A stretch of 64,000 nt of DNA, taken from contig CAZCVI010000009.1 of assembly GCA_964502145.1 (NCBI GenBank), forward strand, positions 73,438 through 137,437. The letters are read 5' to 3'. Below the pieces are notes generated by a model. It had not been told where the DNA came from. It did no database searches and worked only from the letters and a program-made list of their open reading frames with translations. Below, piece by piece: positions 27,805-37,560 of this stretch. Within the stretch, counting starts at the first letter, position 1, and every line of letters begins with the position of its first letter. The position numbers were made by a program, and so were the translations under genes. The DNA is from an uncultured Clostridia bacterium (lineage in GTDB: Bacteria; Acidobacteriota; Aminicenantia; UBA2199).

Positions 27805-30453
27805 TTAATTGGCAATAATCACATTCTCCAGCAGGAAAGGTACGCTTTCCTGCGTGGCGGTATCCACGGCTATGGCACTGAGGGTGTATGTGCCATTGGG
27901 ATAAAGGGTGGTGTTGAGAGATACATTAAAAATGACCTCTTTCTGTGGGCTTTCATGCCAATCATCGACCAATTGAGTGCCCAAATATAATCGTATTGCT
28001 CCTACTCCCTTGTAATCATTGGCATAGACAGCGACTTTAACGGTTCCGCTTAGGGGCGAGGTATTGGGCGTGAGCTGGATGCCAGTCACGGTGGGGGGAT
28101 TATCGACAACAGTCACAGAAATAGAATCGGTATCAATTTGATCGGCGAAATCGTAGACGATGGTTTTTATTTGATGGGGGCCAGCGAGCACATTGGCAGT
28201 AGACCAATCATACCTGTAAGCAGGGACGGTGACAGTTTCTTTTAGTATGTCATCGACATAAAACTCCACTTTTTTAACCCCAAAATCATCTCTGGCCACT
28301 ACATTGATGGTGACATCGCCGGAAACGATATCACCGTCATCAAGGTCTTTAATAGAAATTTGCGGCGGTGCGCCAAAACCGTTATCCAGTTCTGTGGCGG
28401 TAATATCCATGTCTTTAACACCTTGGGCGGAGATGCGGAGAACAGCCACGCCATTTTTATCAATAACCTCGGTAGGGTCCTCGTCTTTGGCGGCTTGGAC
28501 GGTAACAGTTTGCAAGGTACTCCAGTCGGAGGTGGAAAAAACAAGTTGTGGGTTTGAGGTGATGCTGATATCGGTATCACCGCTAAAACGGATTACGTTG
28601 GCGGTGATGGAGGTGGTGGGTTTGGCGGTGAGTCGAACCTGAAAGGTGCGGGTTTCAGTCTCTGGAATAGTGAACGGGGTGTCAATAATGACCTCAAAAC
28701 TAAGGGTGTTTTTGTCTATGACTGTAACAGGTACATCAATATCGGTAAACCCGTCGGCACGAAAGCGGATGGTGCCGGTATCGTTCAATGCATCATCATC
28801 CTTGGCTGCAGACACGGTAACGTCTTGGAACGTGTCATAGTTGCTGGCATCAAAAATTAAACTGGTTACTGGCAGGGTGATATCACTGGAACTGTCATTG
28901 ACGGTGCTGACCTGGACGGTCAAAGGGCTGATGGGAGCGGCGGAAATTTTAACTTGGATGATCCCGCTTGCGCCCTCGTCGAATTCCACATGATCTGGGT
29001 CGATCACAAAATGAAATGCATCGTCATCGATCACTGTCACATAGACAAATTTGTCCTCCATATCTGCGGCACTGACCCGAATGACCGCGTATCCATTAAC
29101 GGTATCGGGATCATGGTTGGCATAGACGGTGACGGATTGCTCCACCCTGAAATTTTCAGCGTTAAAAGTAAGCATGCCACCGGGCGGGGCAGGGATGGTA
29201 ACTGTTTTATCGCCACTCACCCAACTGGCAGTCACGGTTACGGGGGTAGTGGGTGCGGAAATCAAGCTAACCTGGAACCTGGCGTCTTCATTCTCCCTTA
29301 CCACCAAGTTCTCGACGGAAATTTTTAAGCCGAGAGAATCGTTATCTATTTCCTTGGCCAGAACAATTTTGTCAGGGATTCCCCCGCCCGGGTTTTGGAT
29401 ACGAATATGTGCCTCACCATTGATGATATCGTCATCTGACCTGGCGTATAATACAACGGTTTGTTCGACTTGATAATTGCCCTGGGTGAAGGTGATCAAG
29501 TTCCCGGAGGTAACCTGGAGGTCCATGTCGTCACTTACCTCGCCAGCATTATTGACGGTAACAACGACATCGTTCTGGGGTTTGGCGGAAAGGCGCAAGG
29601 TAAAGGTAGCGGTGCCGTTCTCAGGTACGTTCACGATATCGGTGTTGGTGATGAACCCGACCTTATCGGCACTGACAGTGAGGGTATGATTTTTGTTCAT
29701 GGTAACGGTGCCATTTACCGCGACTTCCACGCCGTCGAGCCGCACGGATAGATTGCCGTAGCCGTTTTGGGCGGAAAAGCTGTAAGGTACGGTCTCGTTC
29801 TTGCGGTAGATGTGGTTCCCGGCGATAGGAACGCCAGTGACACCTTCCCCGGTATTGATGGTCAGGGTATATTTCTTGCTTTTCTTGATCAGAATATACA
29901 CGGTAGCGCCCACTAACACGGCGCCAGCGGCCACGAGGAACCAGGGGAATTTTTTCTTTTTACGTGTGCCCGGACCAAAAATCATCTTGGACAACACGTG
30001 TTTTTTGTACAAGGGCAGGCTGTTCAAATCTATGCCGGGGACCTGGGTCACATGGCATTCATCCACGGCTTTTTTGTAATTTTCCACGGCCAGGTCATTG
30101 ACGGAATCTTTTTCATAGATAGCGCCCATCAATAGAAAAGAGCGGCCCATTATTTCTTTGAGTTCCATGTTCTTTTCTAAAATAATTCCCACTATCCCTT
30201 CAAGACGTTTTAGCGCGTTTACTTTTTGCCCTTTTTTATAACTCTCGGCAGCCCGTTGAAATTGATTTTGGATTTCATCATTGCTCTGCGCGAGCAACAT
30301 GAAGTCCATCTGCCAAAGAAACGTAACTATAACAAATAAAACAATAATTTTTTTCGACAATGTGATTCTCTCGGAGTTTTGATTATACGTCACAACTGTA
30401 TTAACTCCCCGGATTTTCTTCTTTAATACATCTAAAACCTTCTTCATCTTCAT
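27805..30453 (-). CDS. Large surface/secreted protein: N-terminal TM anchor and TPR-like region, then multiple Calx-beta/Ig-like beta-sandwich repeats
   Basis: 882 aa with hydrophobic segments (IIVLFVIVTFL; FPWFLVAAGAVLVGATVYILI) and a Thr/Val-rich repetitive C-terminal beta region. Confidence 0.6.
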   Translation of the reverse strand: MKMKKVLDVLKKKIRGVNTVVTYNQNSERITLSKKIIVLFVIVTFLWQMDFMLLAQSNDEIQNQFQRAAESYKKGQKVNALKRLEGIVGIILEKNMELKEIMGRSFLLMGAIYEKDSVNDLAVENYKKAVDECHVTQVPGIDLNSLPLYKKHVLSKMIFGPGTRKKKKFPWFLVAAGAVLVGATVYILIKKSKKYTLTINTGEGVTGVPIAGNHIYRKNETVPYSFSAQNGYGNLSVRLDGVEVAVNGTVTMNKNHTLTVSADKVGFITNTDIVNVPENGTATFTLRLSAKPQNDVVVTVNNAGEVSDDMDLQVTSGNLITFTQGNYQVEQTVVLYARSDDDIINGEAHIRIQNPGGGIPDKIVLAKEIDNDSLGLKISVENLVVRENEDARFQVSLISAPTTPVTVTASWVSGDKTVTIPAPPGGMLTFNAENFRVEQSVTVYANHDPDTVNGYAVIRVSAADMEDKFVYVTVIDDDAFHFVIDPDHVEFDEGASGIIQVKISAAPISPLTVQVSTVNDSSSDITLPVTSLIFDASNYDTFQDVTVSAAKDDDALNDTGTIRFRADGFTDIDVPVTVIDKNTLSFEVIIDTPFTIPETETRTFQVRLTAKPTTSITANVIRFSGDTDISITSNPQLVFSTSDWSTLQTVTVQAAKDEDPTEVIDKNGVAVLRISAQGVKDMDITATELDNGFGAPPQISIKDLDDGDIVSGDVTINVVARDDFGVKKVEFYVDDILKETVTVPAYRYDWSTANVLAGPHQIKTIVYDFADQIDTDSISVTVVDNPPTVTGIQLTPNTSPLSGTVKVAVYANDYKGVGAIRLYLGTQLVDDWHESPQKEVIFNVSLNTTLYPNGTYTLSAIAVDTATQESVPFLLENVIIAN

Positions 30454-32719
30454 CCCTCCCCAAACGATTTTTACTGATCTTTAAATCTTCTTTTGAAGAA
30501 AAAAAGCTTCCCCCTTTTAATATATTCCCTTTCACCCACTCCCAAACATTGCCGGCCATATTAACGACATTAAAAGGAGAGGCAAAGGCCTCGAAACTTT
30601 TAACGGGTGCGGTGCCGCTGTACCCGTCTTTTTCCACGGATTCTTCGAGGGAGTCAAAGTTGGCACGCCAGATCCCCCCGGCGTCAGGCAACTCTTCACC
30701 CCAGGGATACGTGGTATCTCCTTTCCCAGCGACATATTCCCATTCCTCAAGCCTGGGCAAACGGAACCCATATTGCTTGTTGTACTTTTCAGCCTCAGCA
30801 TACCACACAACAACGGGGAACTCGTCCTCATTGCGGATGAATTTACTGTTTTTTTTGGTTGGTCGGCTGATATTTAGGGCTTTCAGGAACCGCCGGTATT
30901 GTGCATTGGATACTTCATACTTATCGATCCAGAAATTTTTCTCCGGGATATACATCATGTGATGGAAATTACGATCCTCACCGAAGGTGTATTCATAATA
31001 TCCCTTTTTATTTTTAACAATGGCACCGTCCCAGTACTTTTCGGGGGGTAAGCGGCGTTCTGTCCTGGTTAATTGTTCTTTTAGCTGGTTGAGATAAATA
31101 GAATCGGGGTAGTTGCGTTTAAAATCGAGATAAGCATTCAGAGTCACGGTGTCTTTGATATTTTGGTAAATCGTTTTGCCGTTTTGTTTTTCAAAATCCC
31201 GGCGTTTTTGTTCCAGGGTTTGTGCCAGTTGTTTAATTTCCTCGTTCTCCGGCCCCATTAATGCGCTGGCTTTTTTTAATTGAAGGGAAGCGGCCTCGTA
31301 ATCATTGGCATTGATTTGCAGGGCGGCGGCGTCGATAGCAACACGGAATTCCTGTTGGGTCCGAATGGTTGTATCGAGTGTTTCCATGGTTTTAGCCAGG
31401 TTCTTCAGTATCTCTTTGCCCATGGGGTCCTTTTCCATATCGCGATAGCTATAGCGGAATTGGCGGCATCTTTTTTGTTTTTCAATGTCTTGGGCTTGGC
31501 TGGCCAGGAATAAACCAAGCTCAGCATATGTTTTTTGCATCTCCGCCAGACGCACGGGTCCTGGTTGCGATTCGGAAAGGGGGTCCACCTGGGAATTTTT
31601 TTTGTCAGGGGGCAGGGGCGGAGTAGTGATAGGGTGACCCTGGGTCTTTGCTATTTTTATATCTGGCGCGAATTCTTTTCCAACTCTTTTCCCAGAATCA
31701 CCTGAAAAGGGTTGGAAGATCAAGGTGGCACCGATCAGGATACATATCAAAATGCTGGCATACACTGCCCAAAGTGGTAAGCGTCGTTTCACAGAGCGGG
31801 GAATTTTTTTGATGACGTGAATTTCCCGCAAAGCTTCCCTGAATTCGAGGGCGGATTTATAGCGATGGGTTGGAGCTTTGGCCATGGCAGTGGCCAGGAT
31901 TAGGTCGGTTCCGGGTGGTAAGACTGGATTTTTAGCACACACGGAGGGCACAGGTTGACTGCGGTGGGCATTCATCACCTCGATAAAATTCCCTCCTTTA
32001 AAGGGGGTATCCCCGGTCAGCATTTCAAACAACACGACGCCAAAGGAATAAATATCCAGGGCAGGCCCTACATTACTACTGTCCAGAAATTGTTCGGGAG
32101 CCATATAGGCGGGGGAACCGAGGAGGGCACCGGTGGTAGTTAACTTGGTGCCGCCAACAATGTCCTTGGCAATACCAAAATCAATGATAACGGCTTCACC
32201 GGTAGCTTCGCGGATCATGATGTTAGAGGCTTTGATGTCCCGGTGGATAATATTGCAGCTATGCATGGCTTCCAATGCTTCCAAGACGTTATTGGAGATA
32301 TCTATGGCCTGACTAATATCTATAGGGGCGTTATGCTTGATGAATTCAGCGAGATTCTCGCCCCGGATATAACTCATGATAAAATAGGGTATTTCGATAT
32401 CCTCTATGGGATCGGCCAGAACGCCCGTATCGTAGATTTCAACAATACTGGGATGATTGATTTTCTCATAAAGCCGGGCTTCAGAAATAAAACGCCGTTT
32501 GATTTCATTGAATTTGGGTTTCACATCGGAGAGATTTTGTTTCTTTAATCGTTGCAACAGATAGTGATAATCGAGTATTTTTAAGGCCCGGTCCTCGCCA
32601 GTGGGGGTATATTTCATCAGGTAGACATTGGAATATTCACCGCCCCCCAAGTGTTTGGTGAGTTTATAGCTACCGCTTAATTCATGCAAAATGGCATCTA
32701 AAATAGTATCCTTCTCCAC
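30401..32719 (-). CDS. Ser/Thr protein kinase fused to an FGE-sulfatase (SUMF1-like) domain
   Basis: Kinase motifs GGGEYSNVY, HRDIKASN, DFG, APE. A TM segment follows. C-terminus RLPRLEEWEY...NVWEWV...GGSFFS matches the FGE-sulfatase domain. Confidence 0.85.
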   Translation of the reverse strand: MEKDTILDAILHELSGSYKLTKHLGGGEYSNVYLMKYTPTGEDRALKILDYHYLLQRLKKQNLSDVKPKFNEIKRRFISEARLYEKINHPSIVEIYDTGVLADPIEDIEIPYFIMSYIRGENLAEFIKHNAPIDISQAIDISNNVLEALEAMHSCNIIHRDIKASNIMIREATGEAVIIDFGIAKDIVGGTKLTTTGALLGSPAYMAPEQFLDSSNVGPALDIYSFGVVLFEMLTGDTPFKGGNFIEVMNAHRSQPVPSVCAKNPVLPPGTDLILATAMAKAPTHRYKSALEFREALREIHVIKKIPRSVKRRLPLWAVYASILICILIGATLIFQPFSGDSGKRVGKEFAPDIKIAKTQGHPITTPPLPPDKKNSQVDPLSESQPGPVRLAEMQKTYAELGLFLASQAQDIEKQKRCRQFRYSYRDMEKDPMGKEILKNLAKTMETLDTTIRTQQEFRVAIDAAALQINANDYEAASLQLKKASALMGPENEEIKQLAQTLEQKRRDFEKQNGKTIYQNIKDTVTLNAYLDFKRNYPDSIYLNQLKEQLTRTERRLPPEKYWDGAIVKNKKGYYEYTFGEDRNFHHMMYIPEKNFWIDKYEVSNAQYRRFLKALNISRPTKKNSKFIRNEDEFPVVVWYAEAEKYNKQYGFRLPRLEEWEYVAGKGDTTYPWGEELPDAGGIWRANFDSLEESVEKDGYSGTAPVKSFEAFASPFNVVNMAGNVWEWVKGNILKGGSFFSSKEDLKISKNRLGRDEDEEGFRCIKEENPGS

Positions 32720-32832
32720 AGTCGTTTTATTACTCCAGCACGTAATATTGAATTTTAAGACATTGTCCAGTTTTTTTCAAGTAGGTAAGGGTAAAAATAA
32801 ATAAATCCCAACGTTTTGTTATTATATTATTA

Positions 32833-34287
32833 CTATTCGGGGTCCTTCATTTTGCTACGCAGGGCGCTACGGGTAAGTCCCAGATATTGGGCGGTTTTTG
32901 TTTTATTGCCGTCAAACCGTTGCAATACCTTTTGCACGATCTCATCCTCCAGAGCTTTAAGATCGAGTTTATCGGGTGGTAATTTGATTTTCCCTGGTTC
33001 CAACACGCAGGTTTCCACCATCATGGGTTCCATCGGGTTATGTCCGGAGCTTAAAAACTGGAGGTGTTCAGGCCGGATTTCGAAATCATCATAGAGCAGA
33101 ATCACGCGTTCGATAGTATTTTGAAGTTGGCGAATATTTCCGGGCCAGGGAAACTGTTCGAGGGTGGTGATGGTCTCGCGGTGCAAGAAGCGGAATTTAC
33201 GGTTCTTTTTTTCTGCATACTTGAAAAGAAACAACTGGGCAAGGGGTGCGATGGCTTCTTTACGTTCGCGTAGGGGCGGCACAAACACGTAACCGACATT
33301 CATGCGATAATAGAGGTCCTCGCGGAAGCGTCCTTCCTTGACTTTTTGGCTCAAGTCCTGGTTGGTGGCGCACACCACACGGATATCAAGGTTGATCTTC
33401 TTTAAGCCACCGACGCGGTAGATGGCTCTTTCTTCAAGTACGCGGAGTAATTTGGGTTGGATTTCCAAGGGTAGATCGCCGATTTCATCTAAAAATATGG
33501 TGCCGCCTTGGGCAAGTTCGAATTTACCGATCGCACCTTTCTTTTTGGCGTCGGTGAATGCGCCTTCCTCGTAGCCGAACAATTCTGTTTCAAAAAGATT
33601 GCCGGGAATAGCGGAGCAGTTGATAGAAATAAAAGGGGTGGTGATATCACCATTGCCATAGTGGATCATGCGGGCTACGACTTCTTTGCCAGTGCCGGTT
33701 TCACCTTCAATGAGTATGGGAATAGCGCGGTCCTGGTGTAGTTTGACCACAAGGTCGCGGATTTCGCGCATCTTGGCCGAATAAATCCCGATGTCTCCCA
33801 GCCCAACGATTTTACTATAGGCGCTCTGGATGCGCTCATATTTTTCGCGTACCTCGGTGGTGGCTTGATAGAGTTTTTGGTCGAAGTGTTTTTTCAGGTC
33901 GGTATTTTCTTTGAGCAGGGAGATATGTTCTTGGACGCGGAGAACTATGGAAGCCAATTCTTCGACATCAATGGGTTTGAGCAAATAATCATAGGCCCCG
34001 GCGCGCATGGCCTGGATGGCAGAATCCATGTTCCCATAACCGGTAATCAATACTATATCGGTAAAGCGACTTTGCGGCAATCCAGTGATATAGCGGGAGA
34101 GTTCGATACCGTTAATGCCGGGCAGACGAATATCAGAAATGACAAGGGGAAAAGGATTGTCCTGATATAATTTTAATGCCTCGCTACCATTATCACAACG
34201 TGTGACATCATGGCCCAACTGGTGGGTTAAAAAACCGTATATGGCTTGCAAACTGAGTTCTTCATCATCAATTAACAAAATTCTCAT
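32833..34287 (-). CDS. Sigma-54-dependent response regulator (NtrC family)
   Basis: Receiver domain plus AAA+ sigma-54 activator core ([14 protein letters not shown]) and C-terminal HTH. Confidence 0.9.
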   Translation of the reverse strand: MRILLIDDEELSLQAIYGFLTHQLGHDVTRCDNGSEALKLYQDNPFPLVISDIRLPGINGIELSRYITGLPQSRFTDIVLITGYGNMDSAIQAMRAGAYDYLLKPIDVEELASIVLRVQEHISLLKENTDLKKHFDQKLYQATTEVREKYERIQSAYSKIVGLGDIGIYSAKMREIRDLVVKLHQDRAIPILIEGETGTGKEVVARMIHYGNGDITTPFISINCSAIPGNLFETELFGYEEGAFTDAKKKGAIGKFELAQGGTIFLDEIGDLPLEIQPKLLRVLEERAIYRVGGLKKINLDIRVVCATNQDLSQKVKEGRFREDLYYRMNVGYVFVPPLRERKEAIAPLAQLFLFKYAEKKNRKFRFLHRETITTLEQFPWPGNIRQLQNTIERVILLYDDFEIRPEHLQFLSSGHNPMEPMMVETCVLEPGKIKLPPDKLDLKALEDEIVQKVLQRFDGNKTKTAQYLGLTRSALRSKMKDPE

Positions 34288-36352
34288 GGCTGGTATCCTT
34301 GGTTACTGGACTAACTGGACCTATAACTGGAGCTTTTTTTGTGTCATGTTTGGGGGGATTATTTTTTGCATAGAGGGGGAATCTTAAGGTGAAGCGGGCG
34401 CCGACGATGTTATCATCGACTTTCTGGTTGGCGGCATGGATTGTACCGTTGTAACGGTCCACATATTGCTTGACAATAGCGAGTCCCAAACCCATGCCCT
34501 CGCCACCACTGTTGGTGGAAAAGAAGGGGTCCCAGAGTTTTTCAATACTTTCATGGGGGAGTCCGGGGCCGTTGTCGCAAATGACCAAGACGACGTGGTC
34601 GTTGTCCATGGACGTAATCAGTTCGATCTTTTTTTGAACCTGTTTTTTTCCTTTTAGGGCATTAGCAGCATTAACCACGATGTTAACAATAATTTGTTCG
34701 AAATGAATCAGGTTCCCCTGTACCATCAAGGGGTTGGTTGAGGTGCTTAAATATTCTTGGATTCCGTGGTCATGGAGTTGCTGGTGAATAAGGGAGAGGG
34801 CATTGGCCACGGCGACATTAATATCTACAGCGACGATGGCAGGAGAATCGGGGACGACCCAGAAGGCGCGCATGTTCTGGATAATTTCCACGATCCGTTT
34901 AACGGATTTAGAGATGAGGTTTAATTGCTCAATAAAGGGTTCGGGGAGTGCGTTGGGGTTTCGTTTTTGCCAGTATTGGATACTGTCAGCGGTCACTTTA
35001 ATAGCATTGAGGGGTTGGTTGATCTCGTGGGTAATACCGGCGGCCATCACGCCGATAGAAGCAAGTCTGGCAGATTGTTCCACTTGTTTGATGGCGGAAA
35101 TCTGTTTTTTTTCCGCTATTTCTCGGGCCTGACACTCTGTTTCCAATGCTTGTTGCGCCAGTTTATGTTCTTCGATTTCGAGGTTTAATTTGCGGTTGGT
35201 TTCGCGAAGTTCAGCGGTGGCTTCATGAACGGTTTCTTCAAGGTGTTTACGATACTGTCGTAACTCGGTTTCGGCGCGTTTGTGAAAGAAAATCATCAAA
35301 AAGGTAACCAGTCCCATAAACACAAGCAGCATAAAAACAATCTTTTTTTTCTGCCGATTCACGGCATTAAAAGTGTTGGAAATGTCTTTCAGTATAAAAA
35401 CACCGCCTACTTTGCGACCCATGGCATCATAAAAGGGAAACACGCCCCGGACAAAGCGTGTGTCCCCCACGGAGATCATGCCCAGCACCAACCCTTCGTC
35501 AGGGATAGTGGATAGATTATCCAGATTCTTTTGCAATAATTCGGTCTGGGAAGCGATACTGGTGGAGGTGACCAGCAGGTGATGGGTCATATCGTCCCAG
35601 TTGTCCCGCGCCCCTTTTACAGTGACCACGGACATCCAGTCAGCGCGATTGAGATATTTTTTTTCGATCAACAAGCCGTATTCGTGCCCGGTTTGTTTCT
35701 TTAAGTGCCTGAAGAGGTATGCCATTTCAACTCCCAGTTCAATATAACCGATGAGTTGAGTTTTGTGGTAAAAGGGATGGACGGCACGTAAGGCCAGGGC
35801 GGTTTTACCCAGTTCGCTACCAGTAGCCAGTTGCCCGGTACTGATACACTTTTGCAAGGTAAACCGCATGTTTTTATCATTGCGGAAGCCAGGGTTATGA
35901 ACGCGTAAAAAACAGGTTTGGTCTGGTTCGGGAGTAATAAAATACCAGTGGGTAATCCCATTTTGTAACTTGAGATGTTGATAGATAGGCCGGGTGAATT
36001 GATACAACTGCTCGCCATCCCGCATATAAAACAACTCGCCAATAGTCTGATTGGACACCAAACCTTCCAAAGTAGCGGACAACATGTTAACGGTGTTCCG
36101 TTCAAGTTCTTTAAATGCGACGGCGGAATTTTCGATGGTGTTCCGGGTCATAAAATCGACGTTGCTGGTATTGGATATGTTAAATATAATTAAAACACCG
36201 GTAACGCTTATGCCTGCAAGACCAAGAATAAAAAAAATGGCCCGGTAAACAAAAACGAAACGCCTGAGCTTCTTATTACGACTTGTATTATACGTTTCCT
36301 CTATTAAACTTTTCACGCTATATATAATAAGGAAACGGACGACGATTGTCAA
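34268..36352 (-). CDS. Sensor histidine kinase, cognate to the NtrC-like regulator
   Basis: TM segments, sensing region, coiled coil, H-box HEINQPLN, HATPase_c (DNGPGL...GMGLGLAIV). Confidence 0.85.
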   Translation of the reverse strand: MTIVVRFLIIYSVKSLIEETYNTSRNKKLRRFVFVYRAIFFILGLAGISVTGVLIIFNISNTSNVDFMTRNTIENSAVAFKELERNTVNMLSATLEGLVSNQTIGELFYMRDGEQLYQFTRPIYQHLKLQNGITHWYFITPEPDQTCFLRVHNPGFRNDKNMRFTLQKCISTGQLATGSELGKTALALRAVHPFYHKTQLIGYIELGVEMAYLFRHLKKQTGHEYGLLIEKKYLNRADWMSVVTVKGARDNWDDMTHHLLVTSTSIASQTELLQKNLDNLSTIPDEGLVLGMISVGDTRFVRGVFPFYDAMGRKVGGVFILKDISNTFNAVNRQKKKIVFMLLVFMGLVTFLMIFFHKRAETELRQYRKHLEETVHEATAELRETNRKLNLEIEEHKLAQQALETECQAREIAEKKQISAIKQVEQSARLASIGVMAAGITHEINQPLNAIKVTADSIQYWQKRNPNALPEPFIEQLNLISKSVKRIVEIIQNMRAFWVVPDSPAIVAVDINVAVANALSLIHQQLHDHGIQEYLSTSTNPLMVQGNLIHFEQIIVNIVVNAANALKGKKQVQKKIELITSMDNDHVVLVICDNGPGLPHESIEKLWDPFFSTNSGGEGMGLGLAIVKQYVDRYNGTIHAANQKVDDNIVGARFTLRFPLYAKNNPPKHDTKKAPVIGPVSPVTKDTSHENFVN

Positions 36353-36371
36353 CCTTTTTTCTTAACCTAAA

Positions 36372-36530
36372 TTCACCGCCAAGTTTCAGAAAAAACTGGA
36401 CTATCTGGACATACTGGACATTCTGGACTTACTGGACTTCACAAAAGCTTTGATTTTTCCAGCTTGTCCAGTATGTCCAGCGTGCCACGGTTATCTGTGG
36501 CTCTTTTAAAAATGATGGTGAATCCAGGTT
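36372..36530. repeat. TGGAC 9-nt-period palindromic repeat element
   Basis: Leader ATTCACCGCCAAGTTTCAGAAA. Five CTGGACNNN units, a loop, then GTCCAGTATGTCCAG. Tail GATGGTGAATCCAGG. Confidence 0.7.
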
Positions 36531-36626
36531 AACTGGGGGAAAAATAGCGGGTGGGCCACATGACCGACCCCGCCATCCACGCTATTCATGAATCAGTCTA
36601 ACCCAAGACCTCACCTTCCCCCCTAT

Positions 36627-36808
36627 TTGGTCATCAGAGCGCCACAAATAACCAACGATCACACTATTTGGCAAAAAAACGCCGTCATAGGTCAATGATG
36701 GCCTAAAAATGCTCTCGTTTCACTAAAAATGGTGAGCAATGACCAAAATGGACCGATTTTTTCAGCAAATGAACCCATTTTCAGATAAAAGGTCATCCAT
36801 TGACCAAA
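36627..36808. promoter_or_regulatory. Cluster of GGTCA-N4-5-TGACC inverted-repeat sites (candidate operators)
   Basis: AGGTCAATGATGGCC at 36689, GGTGAGCAATGACC at 36731 and GGTCATCCATTGACC at 36791, plus a half-site TTGGTCATCAG at 36627. Lies in the 1.2-kb intergenic region upstream of the minus-strand histidine-kinase gene. Confidence 0.4.
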
Positions 36809-36862
36809 AAACATCATCAGAGTCCAAAAAACTCCTCACTTCTCCTCAAACTGTCAATGGTG

Positions 36863-37021
36863 CAGAAAATTACTCAATCAATTGAGAAAATTACTGTTAT
36901 GTTCGAGAATTTTTCAATAATATTACAGTAATTTTCTATTATATTTGAGAAAATTACTTGAATCACAAAGTAAATTACTGAATCATTCGAGTTATTTTCT
37001 TACTGATTTGAGAAAATTACT
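36863..37021. repeat. ~60-bp tandem repeat array with conserved core TTGAGAAAATTACT (three to four copies)
   Basis: Cores at 36882, 36944 and 37008, a variant at 36863, and an inverted copy AGTAATTTTCT at ~36929. Spacers share TTCGAG and ATTACT. Confidence 0.6.
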
Positions 37022-37512
37022 GCAACCCTAGCCTTATATCGTCATGGATGACGTGATGGCTGAAAATGGCACGCTTTTTTGTTATTTATGGCATGAATAG
37101 GTCTATTTATCACCGTTATTACTGGCGAATTCAGAAATTTCCGAATCCGTGACCTGCCTACGACAAAATTGCCGATCAATATTCAACTATTTGCTTCTAT
37201 CGCTTAAAAACCACTTTATTCATGCTCTTGCGACCCACCAGGGGCAATGGGCAGCACCAAGATGAAATTATGCCCTAAGTGGGCGAATTTTCCCCAATAA
37301 CGGTCATTCTTCATTTTCTCAGAAATATCACTCTATTTAAATATAAAGCCTTTATTCTCAGCATCTTTTCTCCATTATGAAAGTATGCCATAAAAAGAGC
37401 AGAGGAAAAAGCAAAAGAGCCTCCCTAAATTCACTCCCAATACTTTAAATGACTATTAAACAATATGGGAAGAATGGGAGAGCGGGGGATAGGCAGCGCC
37501 CCAAAGAGCACT

Positions 37513-37543
37513 AGGATCAACTCCCGTTGATCCTAGTGTCTTT
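37513..37543 (-). terminator. Perfect 13-bp stem hairpin immediately downstream of the S8 protease gene
   Basis: CACTAGGATCAAC / TCCC loop / GTTGATCCTAGTG. T-tracts on both sides are modest. Confidence 0.45.
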
Positions 37544-37560
37544 AGGATTGTATTACTGTT

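Noticed and set aside
36863-37021. Possible CRISPR array (regularly spaced repeats with ~47-nt spacers)
   Set aside because: The repeat core is only ~14 nt and is degenerate. One copy is inverted, the spacers share sequence with each other, and there are only three or four units. No cas genes are nearby. More consistent with a tandem duplication or iteron-like array.
37060-37085. Sigma-54 promoter (TGGCAC-N5-TTGC)
   Set aside because: The -24 element is perfect but the -12 element reads TTTG rather than TTGC, and spacing to any start codon is unclear. Mentioned within the intergenic finding only.
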